Both the position numbers and the translations under genes were made by a program. The notes under the pieces are model-generated. The model worked only from the letters and a program-made list of their open reading frames with translations, ran no database searches and was not told the DNA's origin. Shown piece after piece: positions 18,828 to 27,831 of a DNA stretch of 64,000 nt. The stretch's first letter is position 1; the number at the start of each line of letters is the position of its first letter. The stretch comes from Corallococcus sp. AB038B (GTDB lineage Bacteria > Myxococcota > Myxococcia > Myxococcales > Myxococcaceae): contig NZ_RAWO01000002.1 of assembly GCF_003668955.1 (NCBI RefSeq), positions 535,605 through 599,604 of the forward strand, given 5' to 3'.

Positions 18828-20567
18828 TCAAGGCGAGACCGCGGCCATGATGTACCGGGGCAGGAGTTCCTCGCGGAACTTCCGCCAGATGGCGACGTGG
18901 TTGTAGTTGCCCGCGGTGAACAGCACGACGAGGTCCAGCTCCGGGACGACCATCACGAGCTGGCCACCGTTGCCGCTGGCCTCGTACTGCGAATACACAC
19001 GGTCGCCGACGCGGAGCTCATGGCGCCACCACGTGTAGCCATAGGTCCGTCCGTCCGGCATCGTCGCCTGGTTCGCGACGGAGCGTTCCACCCAGCGCTG
19101 GCTGACCACGCGCTTCCCGTTCCAAGTGCCACCGGAGAGGTAGAGCTGCCCGAGCTTCAGGGCGTCGCGAGGGCGCATGTAGATGCCGCCGCCGAGGTAC
19201 TGCTCGCCGTCAGGCATCAGGTCCAGGTGGTAGCCGCGCATCTGGAGGGGCGTGGCGACGTTCTTCGTGAAGAACTCGGGGATCCACGTGCGGGTGGTGT
19301 TGCGGACGACGCCGCCCAGCAGGTTGATGTTCGCGGAGCAGTACACGGCCTTCCCGCCGCCGGGAGCACGGACCATGGGGAGGTCCAGCGTGTACTTGTA
19401 CCAATCCGGTACGGAGTCCTCGAGCCGGTCCTCGTTGCCGGGTGAATCCGGATTGTCGTCGTCACAAGCCAGGCCCGTCGCCATGGTCATCAGGTGCGCG
19501 ACGGTGAGCTTGCGCTTGCGCGCGTCCAGGTTGGAGAGCTTGCCTTTGTACGCGGGGAAGAGGGACGCGACGGGCGTGTCCACGGAGAAGGCCGCACCCT
19601 GGTCCAGGGCAATGCCAATCAACAGCGACGCGTAGGACTTGGAGGAGGAGCGCAGGTCGTGGGGGCGCTCCTTGTCGAAGCCCTGGAAGTACTCGTCGAC
19701 GATGAGCTTTCCGTGACGCGCGATGAGCAGCCCCTGGATGGCGGGCACTGAGTCCGGGCTGGGTTCCTGGTCGAGGATGCGCTGCACGAACTGCTGGAGC
19801 GGTTGGACGTCCATGCCGACGTCGGCAGGGGAGGCCGTGGTCCAGCCGTCGTCCTCCGCGATTGGCTTCTGGTAGGCGTAGGGGCCGGGAGCGGGCGTGC
19901 GCGAGTAGAGGCCCACGGCCTGCGACCGGTCCCGGCGGGTGAAGTCGAACGTCGTGTCGAAGGGAGGGTAGGGGAGCGACAGCCGTCCGGACTGCGAGTC
20001 GAACGTGCCTTCAATCTGGGTGTCGCCCTTGGTGGACGTGAGTCGGACCGTGCGGCCCTGGAGGTCGACACGGAAGAGCATCCGGTTGCCGAAGTTTCGC
20101 TCCGGGTTGCGGATGAACGCCGTCACGGAGCCGTCAGGCTGCTTCTGGACGACGAGGTACAGCGAGAACCGGTCCTCCAGCGGAGCCACGGTGCCGCGCC
20201 AGACGCCCGGCTGAAGTGCGCGCAGTTCCACGGGAGTGGCGAACTTCATGCCGCTCATGAGCACACGCGGCTGGATCCAGTGGCCCGTGATGCTCTGGCC
20301 GTTCTCCGCCAACGTGGCTCGGAGTTCGCCACCTGGGAAGACGACGGACACCTTCCGACTCTCAACCCGGGCAGGAACATCGAATCCGGCGATGCGCGCG
20401 CGCCAGGTGTTGCCCTCCCGAACCAGCGTCAGCTCGCCTCGGACTTGAGGACCCAGGACGCGCTCACTGCCCCAGATGCCCACCAATTGCTCGGCTGGAA
20501 TGGAAACAGCGCCGACATGGAGAGGAAGCAGCGCCAGCAGAAGCCCAAGGAAGCGATACCGGGTCAT
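18828..20567 (-). CDS. Secreted serine hydrolase, beta-lactamase/PBP4* family.
   Basis: A signal peptide is present. An SxxK motif (..RSSSKSY..) is embedded in a beta-lactamase-like domain. An N-terminal beta-rich domain precedes it. Confidence 0.75.
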   Translation of the reverse strand: MTRYRFLGLLLALLPLHVGAVSIPAEQLVGIWGSERVLGPQVRGELTLVREGNTWRARIAGFDVPARVESRKVSVVFPGGELRATLAENGQSITGHWIQPRVLMSGMKFATPVELRALQPGVWRGTVAPLEDRFSLYLVVQKQPDGSVTAFIRNPERNFGNRMLFRVDLQGRTVRLTSTKGDTQIEGTFDSQSGRLSLPYPPFDTTFDFTRRDRSQAVGLYSRTPAPGPYAYQKPIAEDDGWTTASPADVGMDVQPLQQFVQRILDQEPSPDSVPAIQGLLIARHGKLIVDEYFQGFDKERPHDLRSSSKSYASLLIGIALDQGAAFSVDTPVASLFPAYKGKLSNLDARKRKLTVAHLMTMATGLACDDDNPDSPGNEDRLEDSVPDWYKYTLDLPMVRAPGGGKAVYCSANINLLGGVVRNTTRTWIPEFFTKNVATPLQMRGYHLDLMPDGEQYLGGGIYMRPRDALKLGQLYLSGGTWNGKRVVSQRWVERSVANQATMPDGRTYGYTWWRHELRVGDRVYSQYEASGNGGQLVMVVPELDLVVLFTAGNYNHVAIWRKFREELLPRYIMAAVSP

Positions 20568-20588
20568 GGTCTGCTATTCATACGCTCC

Positions 20589-21686
20589 GTGACATCCCAA
20601 GTCGGCAAATACCAGCGCATCCGCCTGCTCACCGAAGACATCATCGAGGATCATCTGGCCAAGGCCGCCGGCCCGCGAGGCGTCGAGAAGACGCTGGTGC
20701 TCCAGTGCCTCCGCTCGGACATGGCCGAGCAGGTGAATTTCCCGGAGATGTTCCTCGACACGGCGAAGAGCGTCGCCCAGCTCAATCACCCGCACCTCGT
20801 GAAGGTCGTCGACTTCGGTGAGGCGGACGGCACGTACTTCCTCGCCAGGGAGCACGTCGATGGGCCCAGCCTGCGCAGGGTGATCAAGCACGTGGTGGCC
20901 CAGCGGTTGACCCTGCCGGCGACACTGTGCGCGCGCATCATCTCGCAAGCCTGTGAGGGGCTCGCCTATGCCCACGACCTCGCCGACCCCAAGACGAACC
21001 AGCCGCTGCGGCTCATCCACCGCTGTGTCCGGCCGTACAACATCCTCCTGTCGCGCCAGGGGACGACCCAGGTGGTGGACTTCGACATCGACTACTTCCG
21101 AGTCCGATGGGCCCCCGAATACTTCACCCCCAACCTGAGCAAGTACAGGTACATGGCGCCCGAGGAGATCATGGGCGTGTCGGTGGACCGGCGGGTGGAC
21201 GTCTACGCGCTGGGTCTGGTGCTCTACGAACTGCTCACCACGCGTAGGCCTTTTGAGTCCACATCCGACTGGGACTTGTTTCGTGCCGTCGTGTCCGAGC
21301 CCATCGTGCCCGCCGAGCAGCACCGGCCGGACCTGCCCGACGCCCTTCGAGCAATCCTCGCCCGGGCGCTCGCGAAGGATCGGGACGAGCGGTATCCGGA
21401 CTGCCACACGTTCCGGAAGGACCTGGAGGCTTTCATCCGTTCGGTGGGAGAGCCGGTGACGCCGAGGCAGCTGGCCCAACTCGTCCAGCAGGTCTCTCCG
21501 AGCGACGACCCGACCGTCATCCCCCCGGCTCCGGACGTCCCGGAGCGCCAGGCACGGCCCCGCGTGGGACGAGGCTGGATCCTCGCGGCGGCAGTGGGCC
21601 TGGGTCTCGTGCTCGGAGGCGGCGCCCTGCTCTGGAAGATGAACGCCGCGCCCGAGCCCGAGAAGGTTCGCGCTACTCCACGGTGA
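20589..21686 (+). CDS. Degenerate Ser/Thr-kinase-like protein (pseudokinase) with a C-terminal TM segment.
   Basis: The kinase fold is recognisable, but HRD is HRC (LIHRCVRPYNILL) and DFG is DFD. There is no GxGxxG loop. APE is retained (YMAPEEIMG). The start is uncertain (GTG at about 20589 or ATG at about 20517). The second option would overlap the divergent neighbour. Confidence 0.5.
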   Translation: MTSQVGKYQRIRLLTEDIIEDHLAKAAGPRGVEKTLVLQCLRSDMAEQVNFPEMFLDTAKSVAQLNHPHLVKVVDFGEADGTYFLAREHVDGPSLRRVIKHVVAQRLTLPATLCARIISQACEGLAYAHDLADPKTNQPLRLIHRCVRPYNILLSRQGTTQVVDFDIDYFRVRWAPEYFTPNLSKYRYMAPEEIMGVSVDRRVDVYALGLVLYELLTTRRPFESTSDWDLFRAVVSEPIVPAEQHRPDLPDALRAILARALAKDRDERYPDCHTFRKDLEAFIRSVGEPVTPRQLAQLVQQVSPSDDPTVIPPAPDVPERQARPRVGRGWILAAAVGLGLVLGGGALLWKMNAAPEPEKVRATPR

Positions 21687-23124
21687 TCGAGAACTGGGCG
21701 GATGCCGGATGGCCCGTCACCGCGAGGACGCGAGACTCCTCCTTGTCCCACTGCCACGCTTTGCCCTGCGACTGCCAGGAGCAGGGCTCGACGGTCATGG
21801 TCAGCGGTCCCGAGCCTTCGCTCCGGGGCTTGAAGGTCACCTCCAGCTCCGCGGTGGCCCCGCTCTCCAGTCCGGCGGAAACCCCCACGAGGTTCACGCG
21901 GTGCTCCTCCACCATCGGGAGTGGCTGACCGCGATACCGCACGCTCACGTCCATCACGCGAGCACCGACGAGCACCCCGGACACGCGGATCCGCACCGTC
22001 TCACACGCGGTCCCGTCATTGCGCACCACCGCCCGCCACGTCTCGGTCACAGGCGCGGACACGGCCAGCGGCGCCGAGGTGTGTTCGGTCCAGTGGAGCG
22101 TGGGCGTTTTGTAGCCCACGTGCATGAGCGGCGCGCCCGGACTCACCGGACGGTTCGACGCGTCGAGGCGCAAGGGCTGTCCGGGCTCGGCGGTGAGCAG
22201 GAAGAGCGCGTCACTGTCCTCGGGGCCCACCCACCACCGCTCAGTCCCCGCAGGCGTCACGGACACGAAGGAGGGCCACTCCCCGGCGAGCGTCTCGAGC
22301 ACCTGGAGCCCGGGCAGGGATACCAGGAGGGTCTTGTCCTGCACGAAGAGGAGCGCCCGCTCCGAGTCGAGAACGCACACCCCTTTACCGCCCCAGGTCA
22401 GTTCAACGTCATCTTCGTCCTCATCCTCATCGTTGGACGGGAGGGAGCCGAGCACGGTGCCGTCGAGCGCGAAGTGAAGGAGCACCGTCTGCCGGTAGTT
22501 GATGACGAGCAGGAGGAGCACTCCGTGGGGAGTGGCCTGGGCCCGCCAGATGTCCTGCTCATGGCCCGGCTCCACCTGGAGCGCGCCCTCCGGCTGAGCC
22601 GCCCCTGGCCGGAGCACATAGACGCGGCCCCGGCCCTTCTCCACGACGGTGATGCCAAAGGGGCTCGTGTCGAGGAACGCGCCATCGGGAGCCTGACGCT
22701 GGGGGCGCCCCTCGCTATAGCTGTACCCGTGGCTGGCGGGCACGGGCTTGGGCAAGGTCATGGGCGCCAATTGCTGCCCGGACCCGTCGGTCGTGAAGAG
22801 GGTGGTCAGCTTGAGGGCCGCGCCCACCACTGTTCCGATGAGCCGGTCCCCATCGGTGGTGAGATCGAAGCACTCCCTGGGAAGGACCTGGGCGGGAGCG
22901 CTCGCGCCGGCCCCCACGGAGAAGACACGCCGATCTCCGCTCCCCACCCAGACGTCCGTTGCCTCGTCGAGTGCGGCGAGCACCACGGGCGAGGACGGAT
23001 ACTCCGGCACGTCGCCTCCTACCTCCCGACGCACGCCTTCGGCGCCGTGGAAGACGATGAGCCGATTCGGTCTGAGATCAAACAACCACGGTCCACGGGC
23101 CAGGAGACGGCGTCTCGGGTGCAT
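21673..23124 (-). CDS. Hypothetical protein, beta-rich.
   Basis: The ORF is 483 aa with typical high-GC codon bias. It is convergent with the pseudokinase, and their 3' ends overlap by 14 bp. Confidence 0.45.
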   Translation of the reverse strand: MHPRRRLLARGPWLFDLRPNRLIVFHGAEGVRREVGGDVPEYPSSPVVLAALDEATDVWVGSGDRRVFSVGAGASAPAQVLPRECFDLTTDGDRLIGTVVGAALKLTTLFTTDGSGQQLAPMTLPKPVPASHGYSYSEGRPQRQAPDGAFLDTSPFGITVVEKGRGRVYVLRPGAAQPEGALQVEPGHEQDIWRAQATPHGVLLLLVINYRQTVLLHFALDGTVLGSLPSNDEDEDEDDVELTWGGKGVCVLDSERALLFVQDKTLLVSLPGLQVLETLAGEWPSFVSVTPAGTERWWVGPEDSDALFLLTAEPGQPLRLDASNRPVSPGAPLMHVGYKTPTLHWTEHTSAPLAVSAPVTETWRAVVRNDGTACETVRIRVSGVLVGARVMDVSVRYRGQPLPMVEEHRVNLVGVSAGLESGATAELEVTFKPRSEGSGPLTMTVEPCSWQSQGKAWQWDKEESRVLAVTGHPASAQFSITVE

Positions 23125-23189
23125 GGCTCTGCATCATACCCACTGACGCCCGTCTCCCTCCGGCATTAAGCTTTGTGGGCAGCTAGGTT

Positions 23190-23959
23190 ATCCATCAGCG
23201 CCACATCGCCTGAATGGAGCCAAGGGCAAATCCGCTGGCGGATGACTCGCCCGGAGATGCGGCCGTCGATGGCCCCTTGATGCGTCATCAACTTGGGGAA
23301 GACAGCCCTCGCGGATGGCGCCCACCAGCGTCAGGGGTGTCCAGCGTCCTCCAGGGTGCATGCATCGGGCGCGTTGGCCCATCGGAGCCCAGCTGTACTC
23401 GCGCCATGGATGTATTGCAGAAGGACTCGCCGAGGAAGACGATCCGCTGCACGTCCACAACGCTCAGGAGCGCGGCAAAGACGCTTCTGCTCCAGAAGCT
23501 TTGCGGTGCAGCGTGCTCGAAGGCGGTGAATGACTTTCTTGGGTGAGAAGCCCAGTAGATGCAGGCCCCTTTGGATTGAGGGACGGCCGGCGATGATTCC
23601 CAGGCGGGCCATCAACTCGGCCATCAGATCGCACACCGTCGCGTCCGGCTTCCGAGCCAGCAGTAGTTTGGACTCGCTGGCCACCTTGCCCCGAATAGGC
23701 GAGAAGTTGCCGTTGCCTTTGGGCCGCAGCACGACGTCTCCCGTCTCTCGGTACAGCCGGAGGCGCGGCTCACCGTCGCTTCCCCAATGCCTAGCATGTG
23801 AGCTATCTGCACATACGACAGGCCCTCGTCGTGGAAGGCCCGATCGATAGCCCGTCGCAGCTTCTCCGGGGGATGTCCTGCGCTCATCCCCAGAGAAGAG
23901 CAAGCCTCGGCGATCGCGCTAAACGAGTCCTGAGTTAATCGCAGCGTTCGCCGTTGCAA
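23190..23959 (-). pseudogene. IS630-family transposase remnant, frameshifted and 3'-truncated.
   Basis: An N-terminal HTH (..LSYVQIAHMLGIGEATVSR..) lies in one frame. It continues in a second frame (..LMAELMARLGIIAGRPSIQRGLHLLGFSPKK..) and in a third (..GDVALMDNLAAHKA*). The third matches the conserved ..MDNLSxHK.. region and is then truncated. Confidence 0.6.
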
Positions 23960-23962
23960 TGC

Positions 23963-24448
23963 TCATTTGTTCTGTAATTCTTCTTTGATCTTGGCGATAA
24001 TTGACAGTTGTCTTTTGAGTTCTCGTTCTTCTTCGTTGATGACGAGCAGTAGCTTGTAGGGGTTTCGATGGCGCTGTCGAGTTAGCTGTCGTTTGAATTG
24101 ATTGGAGAGTCCTCCATGTACTCCAATCGTGAGCTGTCTGCGTAACTGGTCACGCAGGCGACGATACTCGCTGCCGGTCAGTCTTGAGTTTTCTTGCGCA
24201 GCAGCCAAGCCAAAAAGGGCGCGTAGTTGCTTCCCGTATTCAGATACTAACGCAAATGTGATGCCAAGCACCGCCAGCGTCATCGAGATGACGAGAAGGG
24301 CTATTTTTGTTTTGAACTCTCGTCCGCTTGGTGTGAGTGCGAATACGCTCACGGCTACTGCCGTGCCAGTTAGTGCGGATGAGACAAGCAGTCTCTTGAG
24401 TATGCGGTCAGGTTGAGAAGGTGTCGGTTTTGAATTTTTCTGCTGCAT
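23963..24448 (-). CDS. Small membrane protein with two TM helices and a cytoplasmic coiled coil; lower GC than the flanking genome.
   Basis: The ORF is 161 aa. The region is clearly AT-richer than the flanks. Two hydrophobic helices are followed by an R/Q/E/L-rich heptad region. Confidence 0.5.
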   Translation of the reverse strand: MQQKNSKPTPSQPDRILKRLLVSSALTGTAVAVSVFALTPSGREFKTKIALLVISMTLAVLGITFALVSEYGKQLRALFGLAAAQENSRLTGSEYRRLRDQLRRQLTIGVHGGLSNQFKRQLTRQRHRNPYKLLLVINEEERELKRQLSIIAKIKEELQNK

Positions 24449-24454
24449 AGATAT

Positions 24455-24952
24455 TTACTCCGTCTCGACCTGTTGGTGGATGGGCTTTGTTTGTGGGGTT
24501 TTCCTTGTAGGGGATATGTCTGATTGGCTGTTTGATGCGTCTTGATGGATGCCAACGCCTTTTATGAATAGAAAAGCGAGTAGCAAGCCTGAGCCGAGTA
24601 AGTTGCAAACGCCGGCGAGCGCGATGATGTGCCACTTGTCGAAGGGTTGACCCTCGAAGTGCTGATGGAGGGTCAGTATGAGCATGAAAACGACGAGCGA
24701 AATCAGGGTGAAGCCGACGATTCCGAGTACTCTGCGCCAGTCCTGCTGATGGCTTTGTTGCGCTAGTTCTCCAATGTATATGATGGCAGATGTCAGTGCG
24801 GCAGTGGATGATTCGATTCCAAGGAAGTATAACGGCCAATCATTCCACGCCTTCTTGCTGATGAGCTTTTTGGCAAGAACCCCAATGATTAAAAGGATAA
24901 ACGGGGGGAAGAATGCGAAGAAATAGGGGCTTTGTAAAAACTCGCCGTTCAT
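24455..24952 (-). CDS. Small four-TM membrane protein; lower GC than the flanking genome.
   Basis: The ORF is 165 aa with four hydrophobic helices. Its stop lies 7 bp before the start of the next membrane protein, so the two form an operon. Confidence 0.5.
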   Translation of the reverse strand: MNGEFLQSPYFFAFFPPFILLIIGVLAKKLISKKAWNDWPLYFLGIESSTAALTSAIIYIGELAQQSHQQDWRRVLGIVGFTLISLVVFMLILTLHQHFEGQPFDKWHIIALAGVCNLLGSGLLLAFLFIKGVGIHQDASNSQSDISPTRKTPQTKPIHQQVETE

Positions 24953-25248
24953 ACGATGGTGGATTTGAGGTGCATAATTTTGGTCGAGTGATGATGGTAG
25001 AGAATTGAATTGGATTTAAGTGCCATTGTAACGCCTTGTTCGACCTCTTGTCCTGAACATGCAGCATGGCACAAAAGAGGGGGTAGGTGTGTCCATGGGC
25101 CGCTTGTGTGCATCCTTCCTTCATTCGGGGCCCAGATCATCAGACTTGCATGAAGAGCCAACACATGGTGGCGGGGGCCGTCCGGCCAACGATGTGCCGG
25201 ATCGCTTGAGGGCGGACGGGTGTCTCGATCGCCGAACCACTCGACGGT

Positions 25249-25518
25249 TCAGGAATCGCTGTGCATGGAATGCGGCTTCTGGAAGAGTCGGCGGCGCGTT
25301 GGCAACTCCACTCGTGCGGCAGCAGTTCCTCGATGCACATCCTGGTGCGTCTGGACGCCCAACGGTACGTCGGTGAGGTACGCCTCGGGATTCACGCCGT
25401 CAGCCTCACGCATGGCGGCGAGGGGGCAGAGGTCTGCGAGGTTGTTCCTGAGGCCTTGTGGCCGACGAAAGGAAGTTCTTGCGGACAGTGCCAAGGCCCA
25501 GGTAAGCGGAGCGCGCAA
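25249..25518 (-). pseudogene. IS66-family transposase C-terminal fragment.
   Basis: ..NLADLCPLAAMREADGVNPEAYLTDV.. resembles the conserved TnpC C-terminal ..LNGxDPEAYLRDVL.. motif. No full ORF is present. Confidence 0.4.
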
Positions 25519-25968
25519 GGGTTGATTGAAGGGAACGCATACGCTGACCGCTCAGGACTGGCTACTTGCCCCACGCACGTGCGAAGAGCGGGGTATGGGT
25601 GCAGACCTGTTCAGGTTTCGGCGAGGCTGGCCCTGTCGCTCCCGAGCACACGGGCTCGCGGGCCTGATCGAAACCACCATCCAATAAGGTAAACCGCGAG
25701 CAGTCCCATAGGGGCCTATGACAACGCACTGAAGACGGGAGCGCTATGCCATGAAAAGCGCGGACGACAAATAGCCGCCGCTTTTCAGTGTGAGTTTTTG
25801 GTTGATATTTCTCAGTAGCTTCAATAGTCCCAACTCGCCTCAGGTAAGGCCTGAATCAGGAGGCTGGTTTTGATGGCAGGCAGGAAATTGCTTGCATCCA
25901 CTATGGAGTGTCTGCCGAGCGAGGTTTTATGGGTTCGAATTTATTGATGCCGCTGTCTTGGAACTTGT

Positions 25969-27255
25969 TTATTGGTCACCACTGACGTGCCACTCTGCCC
26001 GAGCTAAGAGTTCGTCGAATGTGATGATTTCCGGTTCATACAAGTTGCGTCTGTAGAGTTCGAATGACTGGTATTTATCGCGATGCACGCCACCGCCCGA
26101 GCCCCGAAGTTGGTCCAGATGTCCTGCGATAAGGAAGGAACGCGGCCTGACGACAAAGGTCCCATCCTGTGTTTCTGCCCCGTCTTCATCCGTGTCGGAT
26201 AGATATGAACCTATCTGTTTTGCAGCCAGATGAATCGTCTGCTGCACCTGAGTGACACCTCCGACAAGCTCTGGAGAAGGTGCCCAACAGCCTGGGCGAT
26301 ACTCTTGGCTTGCGAGCAGTTTGGTTTCGTGGTGTTTAATTTCTGCGAACACCATTGCGCGAATTCTGCCATTGGTGCGCATAAGGGCATCTGCGCGCTT
26401 GCCGGAACCTGCGATCGAGAAGCCGGCGACTACTTGCTCCAGTTTGTTTTTGCTCCAGGATGTCAAAAGTTGACCAGTTAAGCTGATGCCCAGGATCCAC
26501 GGGTTTTGTTCAAGAAGTGCCTGCCAGACCTGCTCCCGGCTACCCCCATGCAGGACTCGCGCGCGCTCGAAATGGTTCTCATCGGAGAGCAGATCTCGGA
26601 ACTCTTGAACCACCTTCTTGCGGTGGGCAAGTGCAACGAGATCCTCAGCCGAAGCGTCGTTCTCAATGATTTGGCGGAATTTGGCAGGGTCCCGAGAGTA
26701 CAAACGAAGCATTGCCTCAGGATCGGCGAAGAAGTCGCGAATCGTTTGATCGTCTATTCGGATTCTTGATTCCCCTCCTTCAACTGGAATGTGTTTGAGT
26801 GCCTGAATCATGTCAACGAGCCTTGCCGCAGCTTCGCGATCGAGAGTCAGGAGATTCTCAAGTTTTGTTGCGTCACCGCTCGTGGGAACTCGCTGGATTT
26901 GCAGTTCTCTGACTTGGCCCGTTTCCCGGGCAATTTGTATCTTAATTTGCTTGCGACCACCTGGCGTGGTGAACACTGTTTGCTCCGTCCGCTCTAGGTT
27001 GTGGGGTGTATTTTCGGGTTGATTTGGCTCATTAGACTCGTCGAAAACCTTGACTATGAAGCGAGCTGGCTGGCCGTAGTCCTGTGAGGCACGTAGATCC
27101 AGGGTGAAGGTACGGTGGATGTAAGTGCAGTCAGTTCTTCGGCCGCGCGCATACGTCACTTCGTTAGGTTTGAAAATGACATTTCGAGGTTCGCTATTGT
27201 TGCCCCCCGGCAATGGCGCGTTCACCCGTCGTTCATGCTCGTAGTCATGTGGCAT
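25969..27255 (-). CDS. Shedu-like (DUF4263-type) PD-(D/E)xK nuclease-domain protein; putative anti-phage defence.
   Basis: The C-terminal region ..LEQNPWILGISLTG...GKRADALMRTNGRIRAMVFAEIKHHETKLL.. fits the D...ExK core of the PD-(D/E)xK/DUF4263 family. The N-terminal half is unrelated. GC is clearly lower than the flanking genome. The ORF is 428 aa. Confidence 0.55.
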   Translation of the reverse strand: MPHDYEHERRVNAPLPGGNNSEPRNVIFKPNEVTYARGRRTDCTYIHRTFTLDLRASQDYGQPARFIVKVFDESNEPNQPENTPHNLERTEQTVFTTPGGRKQIKIQIARETGQVRELQIQRVPTSGDATKLENLLTLDREAAARLVDMIQALKHIPVEGGESRIRIDDQTIRDFFADPEAMLRLYSRDPAKFRQIIENDASAEDLVALAHRKKVVQEFRDLLSDENHFERARVLHGGSREQVWQALLEQNPWILGISLTGQLLTSWSKNKLEQVVAGFSIAGSGKRADALMRTNGRIRAMVFAEIKHHETKLLASQEYRPGCWAPSPELVGGVTQVQQTIHLAAKQIGSYLSDTDEDGAETQDGTFVVRPRSFLIAGHLDQLRGSGGGVHRDKYQSFELYRRNLYEPEIITFDELLARAEWHVSGDQ

Positions 27256-27831
27256 TTTTTTGCCTCTAGCCTATTCGCGAAGGCGTGCCGCAGCGAGTTT
27301 CTACGTTATTGCCGAATCTTCTTGGCGGGGACGTCTTGGGTGTTGGTCAAGTTGGGCACTTGCAGGGTTGGGGATGTAGGGAGGTAACGAAGTTCCTTGG
27401 GTGCTTGCATCCTCTCTAGAGGGCATCAGTCATGAGGTAGACATCAACGCCCGCGTCGGCGTTCTTGGCGCCCTTGACCTCCCGCTTGAGGGGAGTGTAT
27501 CGGTTCAGCTTGAAATCCTGGGCCCGCATGCTGTGTGAGTGATACCGGCATCTTCATCGAAAATGAACTCGGTCTTCGAGGTCATGCTTCTGACCTGTGC
27601 AGTGGATGCCAGCGTCTTGCTGGTGGGGGCCGCTGCGACGGGTCGGCACGGCGGACACTGACTTCAACCTGAGGTGAATCAGCTTCTCCCAACTGGAAGA
27701 GCGGTGTCTTGGCCGACTTCGCTCTGCTTTGGCATCACCCGGAAGCGGGATGGACACGGGCACGAAAACGCCGCCTCGCTTCCGGATGACCGGAAACGGG
27801 CGGCGTGGGCACAGCCTGAACTGACGAAGAA

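Noticed and set aside
25915-25960. A gggttcgaat string resembling a tRNA T-loop near the island.
   Set aside because: There is no complementary acceptor/T-stem and no CCA context. A tRNA or tRNA-fragment att site cannot be built from it.
24953-25968. Several 60-140-aa ORFs on both strands in the 1-kb gap inside the island.
   Set aside because: They overlap each other and have no motifs. Only the IS66-like C-terminal fragment is recognisable, so the rest is treated as degraded DNA.
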